From assembly GCA_965222155.1 (NCBI GenBank), contig CBDCTH010000012.1, forward strand, positions 288,001 through 352,000: DNA of 64,000 nt. The letters run 5' to 3'. The translations under genes were made by a program, and so were the position numbers. This stretch comes from Gammaproteobacteria bacterium. GTDB lineage: Bacteria > Pseudomonadota > Gammaproteobacteria > Eutrophobiales > Eutrophobiaceae. The notes under the pieces are model-generated. The model did no database searches, was not told where the DNA came from, and was given only the letters and a program-made list of their open reading frames with translations. Below are positions 10,277 through 20,528 of this stretch, one piece after another. Position 1 is the stretch's first letter, and every line of letters starts with the position of its first letter.

Positions 10277-10680
10277 TGCAATGTATGCTGGACACAGACC
10301 ATTGCGTGTACCTCATCAGACGTTCGCCGCTGATCACACCGCAAGCGCCAATGAACGACTGTTTTATTTCAGCGATCGTCGCCGGTGAGCTACAGGCTGG
10401 TGTGGCAAAATCGCACGAATCCAGACGCGCACAAAATCGACAAGCTCTGCTCGATTTTTTGAGTGTGGTACGCATTTTGCCGGTCGATGAACAAGTCGTA
10501 GAAACCTATGGCGAGGTACGCGCGCACCTGGAAACGAGTGGCCAAAGAATAGGTCCCCATGATACGTGGATTGCTGCACATGCCCTCGCCCTTGAGTTAC
10601 CCCTCGTGACTAACAACACCCGTGAATTCTCACGGGTGCCTGAACTTGTTATCGATAACTGGCTGCAGAACGAGGGCTGA
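10276..10680 (+). CDS. vapC: VapC PIN-domain toxin
   Basis: MLDTD, GEL, IGPHDTWIAAHA, LVTNNTREF. Confidence 0.9.
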   Translation: MQCMLDTDHCVYLIRRSPLITPQAPMNDCFISAIVAGELQAGVAKSHESRRAQNRQALLDFLSVVRILPVDEQVVETYGEVRAHLETSGQRIGPHDTWIAAHALALELPLVTNNTREFSRVPELVIDNWLQNEG

Positions 10681-10709
10681 TATCAAAGGCAGATTTATAA
10701 AATATCATT

Positions 10710-13700
10710 ATGGCGACAAAATTTTTCACTAATGCAGACAGCAATACCCTACTCAATAAATTGGATGGAGTGTTCAGGCACGGCGCCCACATTGAAGATT
10801 TCGACGCGTTAGTTGGCTATTTTCGCTCCACCGGTTATTTCAAAATTCGCCCCTTTCTGGAAAACGTACCGCAGATTCGGGTATTGGTCGGGATTGATGT
10901 TGATGCACTTACCGCTGTATACAAACACCAGGGGCTGTTATTAGCTACGGATACGAGCGCTGCAAAACAGGACTACCTGGATAGACTCAAGCACGAAATA
11001 GAAGATGCTGACTACTCACGGGACCTGGAACAAAGCATCTTGCAATTCATCACCGACATCGCTACTGGAAAAATTCGGATAAAGGCTCACCCTACACGCA
11101 AACTGCATGCCAAGATTTACATCTTCCGACCCAGAGACTTTAATCCGCACAGCGCCTGTGAAGTAATCACGGGTTCATCGAACCTCACCGATGCCGGTCT
11201 CGGTGTGCAAGACAATGATTCCAATTATGAATTCAATGTATCGCTCAGGGATTACGACGACGTGAAGTTCGCTACCGACGAATTTGAAAAACTCTGGAAG
11301 GAAGCCGTTGATATTCTCCCGGAGGAAGTGGCGGAAGCAAAAGACAAAACATTTCTGAAAGACAACTTCACTCCGTTTGAGCTCTATATCAAACTTCTGA
11401 TTGAATATTTCGGCAAGGAAATTGAATTCGACCCCAATAACATCAAGGATCTGCCGAAAGAATTCATGCGGCTGAATTATCAACTCGACGCAGTGCAACA
11501 GGGACTCAGAATATTAGACGAGCACAGCGGCTTTTTTCTTGCTGACGTGGTAGGGTTGGGCAAAACCATTGTAGCTATACTGATTGCCCGACAGTTTTTC
11601 TATTCCAACAACTACCCGGAATATATATCCAAAACGCTCATCATCATGCCGCCGGCGCTGAAAAGCCAGTGGCAGGATACCGTAAGAAAATTCGGATTCC
11701 AAAATGTGGACTACATCACCAACGGCAGCTTGCACAAGGTTCAACACCCGAGTGAATACGATCTGATTGTTGTGGATGAAGCGCACAAGTTCAGAAACGA
11801 CAGCTCGCTGAGCTACGAAAGGCTGCAACACATCTGCAAAACCCCTTGTCGCGGGGGCAAGACGAAAAAAGTCATCCTGGTGTCCGCTACTCCACTCAAC
11901 AACCGCCCCGATGATATTCGCAATCAGGTATTGTTGTTCCAGGATGCCAATAACAGCACAATGGACATCCATATCGGTAGATTTTTCTCCAAAATCAGTA
12001 AACGCTACAAAGCAATCATCGGAAAAGGCATATCGGGCCCAACCCACGCGAGCAATGAAATATACGCTGAACTACGCGACAAAATCATCGAACCACTGAC
12101 TGTGCGACGCACCCGTACCGACCTGCTCCAGCATGAACTTTACGCGCAGGATTTACAGGAACAGGGTATTCGCTTCCCCGAAGTCGGTGTACCGGAAAAG
12201 CTCCTGTATCCGCTGGAAGCACCCTTGAACCAACTCTATGACGAAACGATAAGACTTATAAAAGGCGACGAAGGGCTGCAATACGTACGTTACCGCGCCA
12301 TAGAATTCATGAAGCCGGAACACCGCAGGGACTACAACCGTCCGGAATTTATTTCCAGCTTGTTGGCAGCGATTATGAAAAGTCTGCTGGTCAAACGCCT
12401 GGACAGTAGTTTTTATGCCTTTCATTGCACCTTGCAACGCTTTGTCGGTGCATCTGAGGCTATGTTAAAGATGGTGGAAAACAACCGCATTATTATCGCG
12501 CCTAATCACCGCGTTGAGGAATATATTCTGGAAGGCAATGAGGATGAACTACTGGAGAAACTGTCTGTAGAACAGTTAACCGACCCGAACATCAAGCTCC
12601 TCTCAAGGGATGATTTTGCTCCCGGGTTTATTGAAGGACTGAAAAGCGACCATAAAATCCTGACCGACATGCAGCAGGAGTGGCAGAAAGTGGTTGAGGA
12701 CGAAGAAGACCCGAAACTGGACAAATTTCTATCTGTTCTGGAAACGGAACTGTTGACAAAAAGCCGGAATCCGGAACAGAAACTGGTGATCTTCTCGGAG
12801 TCACTGGACACCACGAATTATCTGACGAAAAAGCTCAAGTTAAAGCAATATGAAAACATCTTGTCGGTCAATTCTACAAACAGAGACCAACTGCGAGACA
12901 GGATCAGACAAAACTTTGACGCCAACATCCCCTTGATACAACAAAGCTCCGATTACAATATCATCATCACTACTGAAGTGTTGGCTGAAGGAGTGAACCT
13001 ACACCGTGCCAATACCATTTTGAATTACGATACACCTTGGAATTCTACCCGTCTGATGCAGCGCATCGGACGTATCAACCGTATCGGCGCCAAAGCAGAT
13101 AAAATCTATATATACAATTTCTTCCCCACGGAGAAAGTGGAAGATGATATCCAACTGCAACACAAGGCAATCGTGAAGCTACAGGCATTTCACTCGACGC
13201 TTGGAGAGGATTCACAAATCTATTCGACCGATGAGCAGGTAGAAACTTTTGGTTTGTTTGATGAACAGCCACAGGGTGACATTGAAGCCAATGAACGTTT
13301 GCAATACCTGATGGAGGTTCGTAAATTCAGGGAAGAGTCCCCGGAAGAATTTCGACGAATCAGGAACCTGCCGCTCAAAATCCGCAATGCAGTGAAAAAC
13401 AGAGAACGCCAAAATGGCACCATAACCTATCTGCGCAACAAAGGACGACACCATGCCTTCTATGCCGTGGACCAGCAGAATGAAATCGCTGAACTTGGCT
13501 TCCTGCAAGCAGTACCAATTTTCAAATGTGACCGGACTATCAAGGCACAGGCTCTGCACGAACAACACCACGCGCAGGTGCAACAGGCGATAGCAGATTT
13601 TCGACGACAGACAGAAGAAAAAATCGTGATCGAACAGCAAAACCAGGCCCTCACACCACAACAAACGCGAGCGGTCCGCTATATGAAGGCAATACACGCA

Positions 13701-13991
13701 TTGCCACACATCGGTGAGCAGGAAAAACAAGCCATCACCCAGGCTATTGAGACAATAAAACTTGGGCGCTTCCAGGCTTTGGAACGGGACGTGAACAAAC
13801 TGCAAAGAAACGCGAAGCGCTTATCCCTTACCAACGAAGTTCAACTACGATCTCTACTGGAAATCTTACATAAGCACATACCCAAAGTTGAAGATACCCA
13901 TGCACGTGATGAACAAAACACTGGCGGCAATCTGTCAACCGCAACAGTGGACGATCAGCCCAGAGTCATTATTTCCCAGTCTTATGTTTAA
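10710..13991 (+). CDS. Phospholipase D-like nuclease + SNF2/SF2 helicase
   Basis: LHAKIY...GSSNLT...EFN (PLD), ADVVGLGKT, DEAH, SATP, EGVNL...PWNSTRLMQRIGRINR. Confidence 0.9.
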   Translation: MATKFFTNADSNTLLNKLDGVFRHGAHIEDFDALVGYFRSTGYFKIRPFLENVPQIRVLVGIDVDALTAVYKHQGLLLATDTSAAKQDYLDRLKHEIEDADYSRDLEQSILQFITDIATGKIRIKAHPTRKLHAKIYIFRPRDFNPHSACEVITGSSNLTDAGLGVQDNDSNYEFNVSLRDYDDVKFATDEFEKLWKEAVDILPEEVAEAKDKTFLKDNFTPFELYIKLLIEYFGKEIEFDPNNIKDLPKEFMRLNYQLDAVQQGLRILDEHSGFFLADVVGLGKTIVAILIARQFFYSNNYPEYISKTLIIMPPALKSQWQDTVRKFGFQNVDYITNGSLHKVQHPSEYDLIVVDEAHKFRNDSSLSYERLQHICKTPCRGGKTKKVILVSATPLNNRPDDIRNQVLLFQDANNSTMDIHIGRFFSKISKRYKAIIGKGISGPTHASNEIYAELRDKIIEPLTVRRTRTDLLQHELYAQDLQEQGIRFPEVGVPEKLLYPLEAPLNQLYDETIRLIKGDEGLQYVRYRAIEFMKPEHRRDYNRPEFISSLLAAIMKSLLVKRLDSSFYAFHCTLQRFVGASEAMLKMVENNRIIIAPNHRVEEYILEGNEDELLEKLSVEQLTDPNIKLLSRDDFAPGFIEGLKSDHKILTDMQQEWQKVVEDEEDPKLDKFLSVLETELLTKSRNPEQKLVIFSESLDTTNYLTKKLKLKQYENILSVNSTNRDQLRDRIRQNFDANIPLIQQSSDYNIIITTEVLAEGVNLHRANTILNYDTPWNSTRLMQRIGRINRIGAKADKIYIYNFFPTEKVEDDIQLQHKAIVKLQAFHSTLGEDSQIYSTDEQVETFGLFDEQPQGDIEANERLQYLMEVRKFREESPEEFRRIRNLPLKIRNAVKNRERQNGTITYLRNKGRHHAFYAVDQQNEIAELGFLQAVPIFKCDRTIKAQALHEQHHAQVQQAIADFRRQTEEKIVIEQQNQALTPQQTRAVRYMKAIHALPHIGEQEKQAITQAIETIKLGRFQALERDVNKLQRNAKRLSLTNEVQLRSLLEILHKHIPKVEDTHARDEQNTGGNLSTATVDDQPRVIISQSYV

Positions 13992-14062
13992 GACCTGATG
14001 TATACTGAAAAACTAGCGTCTATCCGACAAAATAAGGTTAAAATCACCCAAAGAGGAGAAAA

Positions 14063-14272
14063 ATGATGAAATCGAAACAAAAACCTCTCATTTGCAAGCG
14101 TGAGCAAGAACGTAGCGCCATGCTGGAAGAGGCACTGGCTCGGCCAGGTGTACGCGAAGTCATGAAAATCTATGGTCAATGGCAAAGAAAAGATCGGGGA
14201 CTTGAGTCCTATAGGGCAGCGACGGCAGAACTTTTCCAGATAAGTACCACAGATCACACAAACGTTCGATAA
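14063..14272 (+). CDS. Hypothetical 69-aa protein
   Basis: Strong AGAGGAG RBS; fills the gap between the helicase and protease genes on the same strand. Confidence 0.65.
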   Translation: MMKSKQKPLICKREQERSAMLEEALARPGVREVMKIYGQWQRKDRGLESYRAATAELFQISTTDHTNVR

Positions 14273-14296
14273 ATGATTTAAGGAAAGAGTAACCCC

Positions 14297-15283
14297 ATGC
14301 CTATTTGGAGTGAAATCCTTGCCGAGCTTGGGGAGACCAGCGCCCACAATAATGGTACTCCTGACTTTGATGCTGTTCGGCGGACATATCTGACGAGACT
14401 ATATCAATATACTGGGCGCAATGTTATTTTATATGCTTCGGGATGGCTGCAAAAGGAGCAGGTACCGGGGGTCACTGTTTCTATTAACGACGAAGATATT
14501 CAGGCGCTCATGGAAGTCATCCAAGGTTTGGAAGGCTCTAAGCTTGACTTAATACTGCATAGTCCGGGTGGTTCTCTCGAGGCAACGGAAGCGATTGTGT
14601 CTTATCTGCGCTCACGGTTTTCTGATATCCGGGTAATCGTGCCGCAACTAGCGATGTCCGCGGCAACTATGATTGCCTGTGCTGCTGATTATATCGTGCT
14701 TGGTAGACATTCTTTTCTCGGGCCGACGGATCCACAAATTCTCATTTCAACTCCACTAGGCATACGCCAAGTTGCTGCTCAGGCAATTCTGGACCAATTC
14801 GACAAGGCACAACGCGAATGTGAAAACCCAGCAAAGTTATCAGCTTGGTTGCCAATGCTGAACCAATACGGCCCTGACCTGCTTGAGCTGTGCGAAAAAG
14901 CCTTAGATATGTCCAAGAATCTTGTAAAGACATGGCTGGAAATATACATGTTCAAGGGAGAGTCTGATAGTTCAAAACAGGCAGAACAGATTTCCAATTG
15001 GCTTGCTGACCATCAGCATTTCAAGAGCCATAATCGACATATATCGCGAGATGAGCTTCAAAAACGACAATTAAAAATACTGCAATTGGAAGATGATGAA
15101 AACCTGCAAGACCTGAGTCTTTCGGTATTCCATGCCACAACTCACACATTTACCGGTACTCAAGCGGCAAAGATCGTGGAAAATCACACGGGTCGCGCAT
15201 TCGTCAAACATTATTTCATCCAACCAGCGCAAGGAATTCAGATGAGTCTTGAGCCTGTTCCACTAGTTCAGGGCGACCAATGA
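14297..15283 (+). CDS. SDH-family ClpP-class serine protease
   Basis: LHSPGGS, AMSAATMIA (Ser), LGPTDPQ (Asp), KSHNRHI (His). Confidence 0.85.
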   Translation: MPIWSEILAELGETSAHNNGTPDFDAVRRTYLTRLYQYTGRNVILYASGWLQKEQVPGVTVSINDEDIQALMEVIQGLEGSKLDLILHSPGGSLEATEAIVSYLRSRFSDIRVIVPQLAMSAATMIACAADYIVLGRHSFLGPTDPQILISTPLGIRQVAAQAILDQFDKAQRECENPAKLSAWLPMLNQYGPDLLELCEKALDMSKNLVKTWLEIYMFKGESDSSKQAEQISNWLADHQHFKSHNRHISRDELQKRQLKILQLEDDENLQDLSLSVFHATTHTFTGTQAAKIVENHTGRAFVKHYFIQPAQGIQMSLEPVPLVQGDQ

Positions 15284-15364
15284 CATGAAGCCGTAATTAT
15301 CAGTTCCCCAATACAGTTTCGGCAACCGCCGATAACGACATAAGAATAAAAACCAAACGACTCA

Positions 15365-18300
15365 ATGATGGCAACCGCAGATGCTCTAAGAAATCTTTTC
15401 GAGCAGGTATACCAGCGCGATGAATGGCTCAAGATACTTGCTGAAACACTATCGATAGACCGATTTTTACGACCGATATCAATCAAAGGGGATACGGAAT
15501 CATTTTATCAGTTGGGTAAAGTCACTCTCACTGATAACAAGGAACTGGGGATCTATGAAATAAAAACAAAGCCCCGGACCCAGCTACATCGAAACCGGGT
15601 ACAAATGCGCCACCTGGTGGCAAAACATTGTCGTCAATTCGCTCTTGACGGCGCACTTGCTGTTTATTACGACGACCTGGATCAATGGCGTTTCAGCTTT
15701 ATCAGCATGGAATACCAATTGAATAAACAGGGTGAGTTAAACAGAAAGGAAAGTACATCCAAACGCTTTACCTATCTGCTGGGGAAAGACACAAAAGTTC
15801 GCACTGCGGTGACACGGTTCAGCCATCTGGACAAATCTGCCACACTGGATAACCTGAAAACCACATTCGCGGTGGAACAACTAAACAAGGAATTCTATGA
15901 AAAACTGTTCCGTTGGTACGAAAATGCAAAAACACAGGTCGTTTTCCCCAATGATGAGCATGTGGACAAAGGTAAACATCACTCCATCAGTTTAATCCGT
16001 CTGTTAACTCGACTGTTGTTCGTCTGGTTCATCAAGGAAAAAAAACTGGTTAACCCGGACTTTTTTGAACTTGATAAAGCCAGAAAAATCATCATCTGGG
16101 ACAAAGACAGTAGTTACTACAAGGCCATATTGCAAAATCTGTTCTTTGCGACACTCAACCGGGAAATCACAGACCGAAGCTTTCGCACAACCAGAAACGG
16201 CAAACCAAGTGGCGATAACTATCTGGTTACCAATATCTACCGTTATCAGAATTTATTCTTGCAAAAGAACGAAGATGAAATCCTGAAACTGTTTGAACAA
16301 ACGCCATTTCTCAACGGTGGGCTGTTTGAATGCCTGGACAGAGAATCAACGAATGAAGAAAAAGCCGCCTATGATAAAAACAAGAATATACGCATCGGTA
16401 AAAGCGCGATCCGTATCGATGGCTTTTCCGACCGGGACGACAATCCGTTATACGTGCCAAACGAACTGTTTTTCAACGATGATGAAGATAGTCCTGGATT
16501 GATTCAATTGCTTACACAATATCAATTCACTGTGGAAGAAAGTACCCCACTGGATGCAGATGTGGCATTAGACCCGGAGTTGATGGGACTGATCTTTGAA
16601 AATCTGCTGGCGTCCTATAACCCGGAAACGCAGCAAACCGCCCGCAAGGCCTCAGGCTCCTACTACACCCCCCGTGCGATTGTTAGCTATATGGTGGATG
16701 AAAGCCTGAAGGCCTATCTGGCCCAGACTGTGTCCCCCCGTGACGGAGATGTGGAATTCTACCATGAACGTTTGAATGATCTGTTTGATACCTTATCGCA
16801 GACCGGCGAATTGAATAGCGAAAATGGAGAGCATCTTCTCTATGATGAAGAGATCCCCAGGCTGCTGGAGGCAGTAGAGCGGATAAAGATATTGGACCCG
16901 GCCGTGGGCAGTGGTGCTTTCCCAATGGGTATTCTGCAACGGTTGGTACAGATACTCGGTTTGATTGATCCGGAAAATGAACAATGGAAACAGCGGCAGG
17001 TCGACATTGTTTCTCAAATGGATGACTCTGAAAGTCGTACGCAGGTGCTTCAGGATATCGAAGAAATATTCAGTGAGAAAAACCGCTTTAACGATTTTGG
17101 ACGTAAACTGTATTTGATTGAAAATGCCATTCATGGCGTGGACATTCAGTCTATCGCCTGTCAGATTGCCAAGCTGCGCTTTTTCATCTCCCTAGTGATT
17201 GAGCAGAAGCCAAACGACAACTTAGACGACAACTATGGCATCCGTCCATTACCGAATCTAGAAACCCGGTTTATAGCAGCAGACAGTTTGTTGAGTCTGG
17301 ATGAGCCCAAACAACGGAGCATCCGCAATCTGGAGATTGATAGCAAGGAACAAGAACTGCGAAGAGTCCGTCAGAACCATTTCAACGCCAAAACACTACG
17401 AACTAAACGGACATATCGTTGCAAAGACAGAAAGTTGCGACTAATGATCGCAGAGTTGTTGGTGAATGACGGCTGGAACGACACAAATGCAAAGAAAATC
17501 GCCGATTGGGACCCCTATGATCAGAATGCGGCCGCCACCGACTGGTTTCATGCCGAGTATATGTTTGGCGTGACTGATGGCTTCAATGTGGTGATTGGCA
17601 ATCCGCCGTATATCCAGTTGCAGAACAACGAGGGGGCACTGGGACGGCTATACCAAAGCGCTGGCTTTGCTGCCTTCGCCCGCGCGGGCGACATTTACTG
17701 CCTGTTTTATGAGAAAGGCATCGAACTGTTGAAAGAAAACGGCCACCTGTGCTACATCACCTCCAACAAGTGGATGCGAGCCAAATATGGTGAGAAGCTA
17801 CGCGAGTTTTTCGTTGAAAAGACTAACCCTATGAAATTACTTGATTTCGGTGGCTTTAAGGTCTTTGAGAATGCCACTGTAGATACCAATATCCTGCTTA
17901 TCCAGAAGACAAAACCGATGGTTCAACTGCTGGCTACGAGCTTCAAAAACGACTTTCACAAGGGAGAAAGTATCGGCAACTACGCAGAACGCAATGCGGT
18001 TTCCGTCAACGTGACGCGCGACACTTGGTTTATCGGTAGCCGCGCCGAAGTAGCTTTGAAAGAGAAAATCGAATGCATAGGCACCCCCCTGAAAGACTGG
18101 GATATAGCCATTAACTATGGAATTAAAACCGGTTTTAACGACGCCTTTATCATTGATAATGCAACTAAGAAAGCATTGATTAAGGAAGATCCAAAATCGG
18201 CTGAGTTGATCAAACCGATTTTAAGAGGCAGGGATATTCAAAGATATCGAGCTAATTGGGCGGGGAAATGGTTGATTGATGTACATAATGGATATGGAGA

Positions 18301-18850
18301 TATTCCGCCAATTGATATTCGTTGCTACAAAGCTGTTAAAAAACACCTGAATAAATTCTATTGCCAATTGGAAAAACGTCAGGACCAAGGGGTCACGCCA
18401 TATAATCTTCGTAATTGCGCTTATCACGCAGAATTTGAGCGCAACAAAATCGTTTGGGGCAACCTATCTGTTCAGCCAAGGTTCGCTGTAGATAATGATT
18501 CTAGTCTTATATCAGCACCGACCAATCTTCTTACCGGGACAAACCACATCAAATATATCGCAGGCGTGCTCAACAGCCAGTTCTGTTATTGGGGTATGAG
18601 ACAGTTAGCGTATAGTAGGGAACAAGGGTACATGGAATACAAAAAAACCTTTGTAGAACAACTACCTGTCCCTAGAGAAACATGCCAAAATTACCCACTG
18701 ATAACTCAAATAGGAAATCTGGTGGATCAAATCCTGATCGCCAAAAAGAAAAATTCTGGCACCGCCAAACTTGAAAATCAGATAGACGCACTTGTTTATC
18801 AGCTTTACGAGCTAACAGCGGATGAAATTAACGCCATATCAAATATTTAA
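15365..18850 (+). CDS. Type IIG/Eco57I-like N6-adenine DNA methyltransferase with C-terminal TaqI-like specificity domain
   Basis: FLNGGLF, GSYYTP, ILDPAVGSGAF, IGNPPY, YGIKTG, PILRGRDI, C-terminal IDALVYQLYELT. Confidence 0.9.
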   Translation: MMATADALRNLFEQVYQRDEWLKILAETLSIDRFLRPISIKGDTESFYQLGKVTLTDNKELGIYEIKTKPRTQLHRNRVQMRHLVAKHCRQFALDGALAVYYDDLDQWRFSFISMEYQLNKQGELNRKESTSKRFTYLLGKDTKVRTAVTRFSHLDKSATLDNLKTTFAVEQLNKEFYEKLFRWYENAKTQVVFPNDEHVDKGKHHSISLIRLLTRLLFVWFIKEKKLVNPDFFELDKARKIIIWDKDSSYYKAILQNLFFATLNREITDRSFRTTRNGKPSGDNYLVTNIYRYQNLFLQKNEDEILKLFEQTPFLNGGLFECLDRESTNEEKAAYDKNKNIRIGKSAIRIDGFSDRDDNPLYVPNELFFNDDEDSPGLIQLLTQYQFTVEESTPLDADVALDPELMGLIFENLLASYNPETQQTARKASGSYYTPRAIVSYMVDESLKAYLAQTVSPRDGDVEFYHERLNDLFDTLSQTGELNSENGEHLLYDEEIPRLLEAVERIKILDPAVGSGAFPMGILQRLVQILGLIDPENEQWKQRQVDIVSQMDDSESRTQVLQDIEEIFSEKNRFNDFGRKLYLIENAIHGVDIQSIACQIAKLRFFISLVIEQKPNDNLDDNYGIRPLPNLETRFIAADSLLSLDEPKQRSIRNLEIDSKEQELRRVRQNHFNAKTLRTKRTYRCKDRKLRLMIAELLVNDGWNDTNAKKIADWDPYDQNAAATDWFHAEYMFGVTDGFNVVIGNPPYIQLQNNEGALGRLYQSAGFAAFARAGDIYCLFYEKGIELLKENGHLCYITSNKWMRAKYGEKLREFFVEKTNPMKLLDFGGFKVFENATVDTNILLIQKTKPMVQLLATSFKNDFHKGESIGNYAERNAVSVNVTRDTWFIGSRAEVALKEKIECIGTPLKDWDIAINYGIKTGFNDAFIIDNATKKALIKEDPKSAELIKPILRGRDIQRYRANWAGKWLIDVHNGYGDIPPIDIRCYKAVKKHLNKFYCQLEKRQDQGVTPYNLRNCAYHAEFERNKIVWGNLSVQPRFAVDNDSSLISAPTNLLTGTNHIKYIAGVLNSQFCYWGMRQLAYSREQGYMEYKKTFVEQLPVPRETCQNYPLITQIGNLVDQILIAKKKNSGTAKLENQIDALVYQLYELTADEINAISNI

Positions 18851-19233
18851 CCTGATTCAACAGCGTTGATTTCCGCATCCGTCAGATTGTAGATGGTATA
18901 CACTAGACGATCGATTTCGGCTTCCAGTGCAGTGGTGTTCTTTCCCTTTACTTTTCCAGCAATTACCTTGTCCACTAGATCAATAAAAGGTTGTTGCTCG
19001 ATAGTATTAATTTTAGGGACAGGAAATCGTTCAACAAAAATTTTCTGTAGTAAATATCCACTGTCGTCCCATGAGTAAACATATAGTGGTATAAAAAATG
19101 TAGCGAGTTTTGAATTGAGAAGTGCAATAAGATAGTGCAAATTATTTCCTACCAAAATAAATGCAGTCTTATCAGTTATTGACCCTCTATTTAAATCTAT
19201 AGAAAACCGTGGAAATCCATTCTTGGAATGCTT
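18847..19233 (-). pseudogene. Second, inverted C-terminal specificity (TRD) module of a type IIG MTase, 5'-truncated by an IS
   Basis: KHSKNGFPRFS...YLIALLNSK...FVERFPVPK...EAEIDRLVYTIYNLTDAEI parallels the C-terminus of 15365..18850. The frame is open up to the IS end, and its stop overlaps the MTase stop in TTAA. Confidence 0.85.
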
Positions 19234-19234
19234 A

Positions 19235-20527
19235 GGGGTTTGATCGAATTTAAGTTTCCAACTTTATCGAGGGTGCAATTCATAGTTCCACTCGCCGTGG
19301 AACTCATTGCGATGTAGTGACAACCCCTCCATCTCCGCGTTCGTCGCCGTCACGCCTTTCGGGTATTTTCCCGTGTCGAGTTCGGCTCTGACCCGAAGCC
19401 CTGCGTCGGTGCGTGTATTGCCAATCAAGTCGACAATGGTTTCAAAGGTCCGCAGCGGCTTGCCGCGCCAATTCTGCGTGATGTGACAGAACAGCCGATG
19501 CTCAATCCTGTTCCACTTGCTGGTGCCAGGCGGGAAATGGCTGACGTGGATGCGCACCCCCGTCTCGTCGGCAAACTGCTGCAGCCCGTGCTTCCACGCA
19601 CGGGCGCGATACCCGTTGCTGCCACCCGCATCGGCGGTGATGAACAGGGCACTCGCCTCGGGGTAACGGCGCTGGCCCATCGCCGCCCACCAGCGCCGCA
19701 GCGAGGCCACCGCGAAGGCCGGCGTATCGTGGTCACACCCGACACTGACCCAGGCTTCGTTGCCGCCCATGTCATAAATGCCGTAGGGTATCGCCTTGCC
19801 GGCCGCGTCCTGCGGGAAGTCATGCACCAGCGCTTGCTCGGGCTGCCCCTGCGGCTGCCACTCCCGGCCCGCATTCTTGAAATCCCCCACCAATTCCTTC
19901 TTCTTGGTATCGACCGACACCACCGGCTGGCCGCGCCGCAGAAAGTCCCCCGCCTGCGCGTTGATATGCTCGAACTGTGCGTTGCGGTCCGGGTGTGAGG
20001 TCCCTTCCCGGCTCTTGCGCACCGATTGCAGCCGATAGCCCAGCTCGTGCAACAACCGCCCCACCGACGTCGAACTCACCGTCCAGCCCGCCTGCGACAG
20101 CGCCGCGGCAAGCTTCGCCCGACTCTTGCACGTCCACCGCAACGGCGACTGCGGGTCGCCGCGCGTCACCGGGTCGACCAGCTGCTCCAGCGCACGCTTG
20201 ATACCCGGCTGCGACTGCTCAATGCCCGGCCGTCCCGCCCCCGGACGGCGAACCCGACCGCGCGCGGCGCCACCCGCTGCCAGCTCCCGGCGCCCCTTGC
20301 GCACCGTCGGACGCGACAGGCCGGTCGCATCCGACACCAGCGCATCGCCCCCATACCCGATGGCACGCGACTCCGTGGCCGCCCAGATACGACGCCCGCG
20401 CTCATCGAGATGCGCCTCGACCGCCGCGTACTTCTCCACGATTGTTGCTTCAAGTTCAAGATTGCGTCTCATCGGGAGATTGAAACACAAAAACCTGAAG
20501 ATGGCAATTTAATTTAGGACAGTATCC
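19235..20527 (-). mobile_element. ISAzo13-family insertion sequence (1293 bp)
   Basis: Imperfect IRs GGGGTTTGATCGAATTTAAGTTTCC and revcomp GGATACTGTCCTAAATTAAATTGCC. Visibly GC-richer than its flanks. Confidence 0.85.
19264..20472 (-). CDS. ISAzo13-family DDE transposase
   Basis: LDERGRRIWAA, RGDPQSPLRWTCKS, HPDRNAQF, SVDTKKKE, TADAGGSN, PGTSKWNRIEHRLF, FHGEWNY. Confidence 0.95.
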   Translation of the reverse strand: MRRNLELEATIVEKYAAVEAHLDERGRRIWAATESRAIGYGGDALVSDATGLSRPTVRKGRRELAAGGAARGRVRRPGAGRPGIEQSQPGIKRALEQLVDPVTRGDPQSPLRWTCKSRAKLAAALSQAGWTVSSTSVGRLLHELGYRLQSVRKSREGTSHPDRNAQFEHINAQAGDFLRRGQPVVSVDTKKKELVGDFKNAGREWQPQGQPEQALVHDFPQDAAGKAIPYGIYDMGGNEAWVSVGCDHDTPAFAVASLRRWWAAMGQRRYPEASALFITADAGGSNGYRARAWKHGLQQFADETGVRIHVSHFPPGTSKWNRIEHRLFCHITQNWRGKPLRTFETIVDLIGNTRTDAGLRVRAELDTGKYPKGVTATNAEMEGLSLHRNEFHGEWNYELHPR

Positions 20528-20528
20528 T

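Noticed and set aside
6700-10700. Integron cassette array, suggested by the TA modules and fragments
   Set aside because: No integrase gene and no recognisable attC sites.
10710-18850. BREX or DISARM assignment
   Set aside because: No PglZ, BrxC, or DrmA/DrmB (DUF1998) genes are present.
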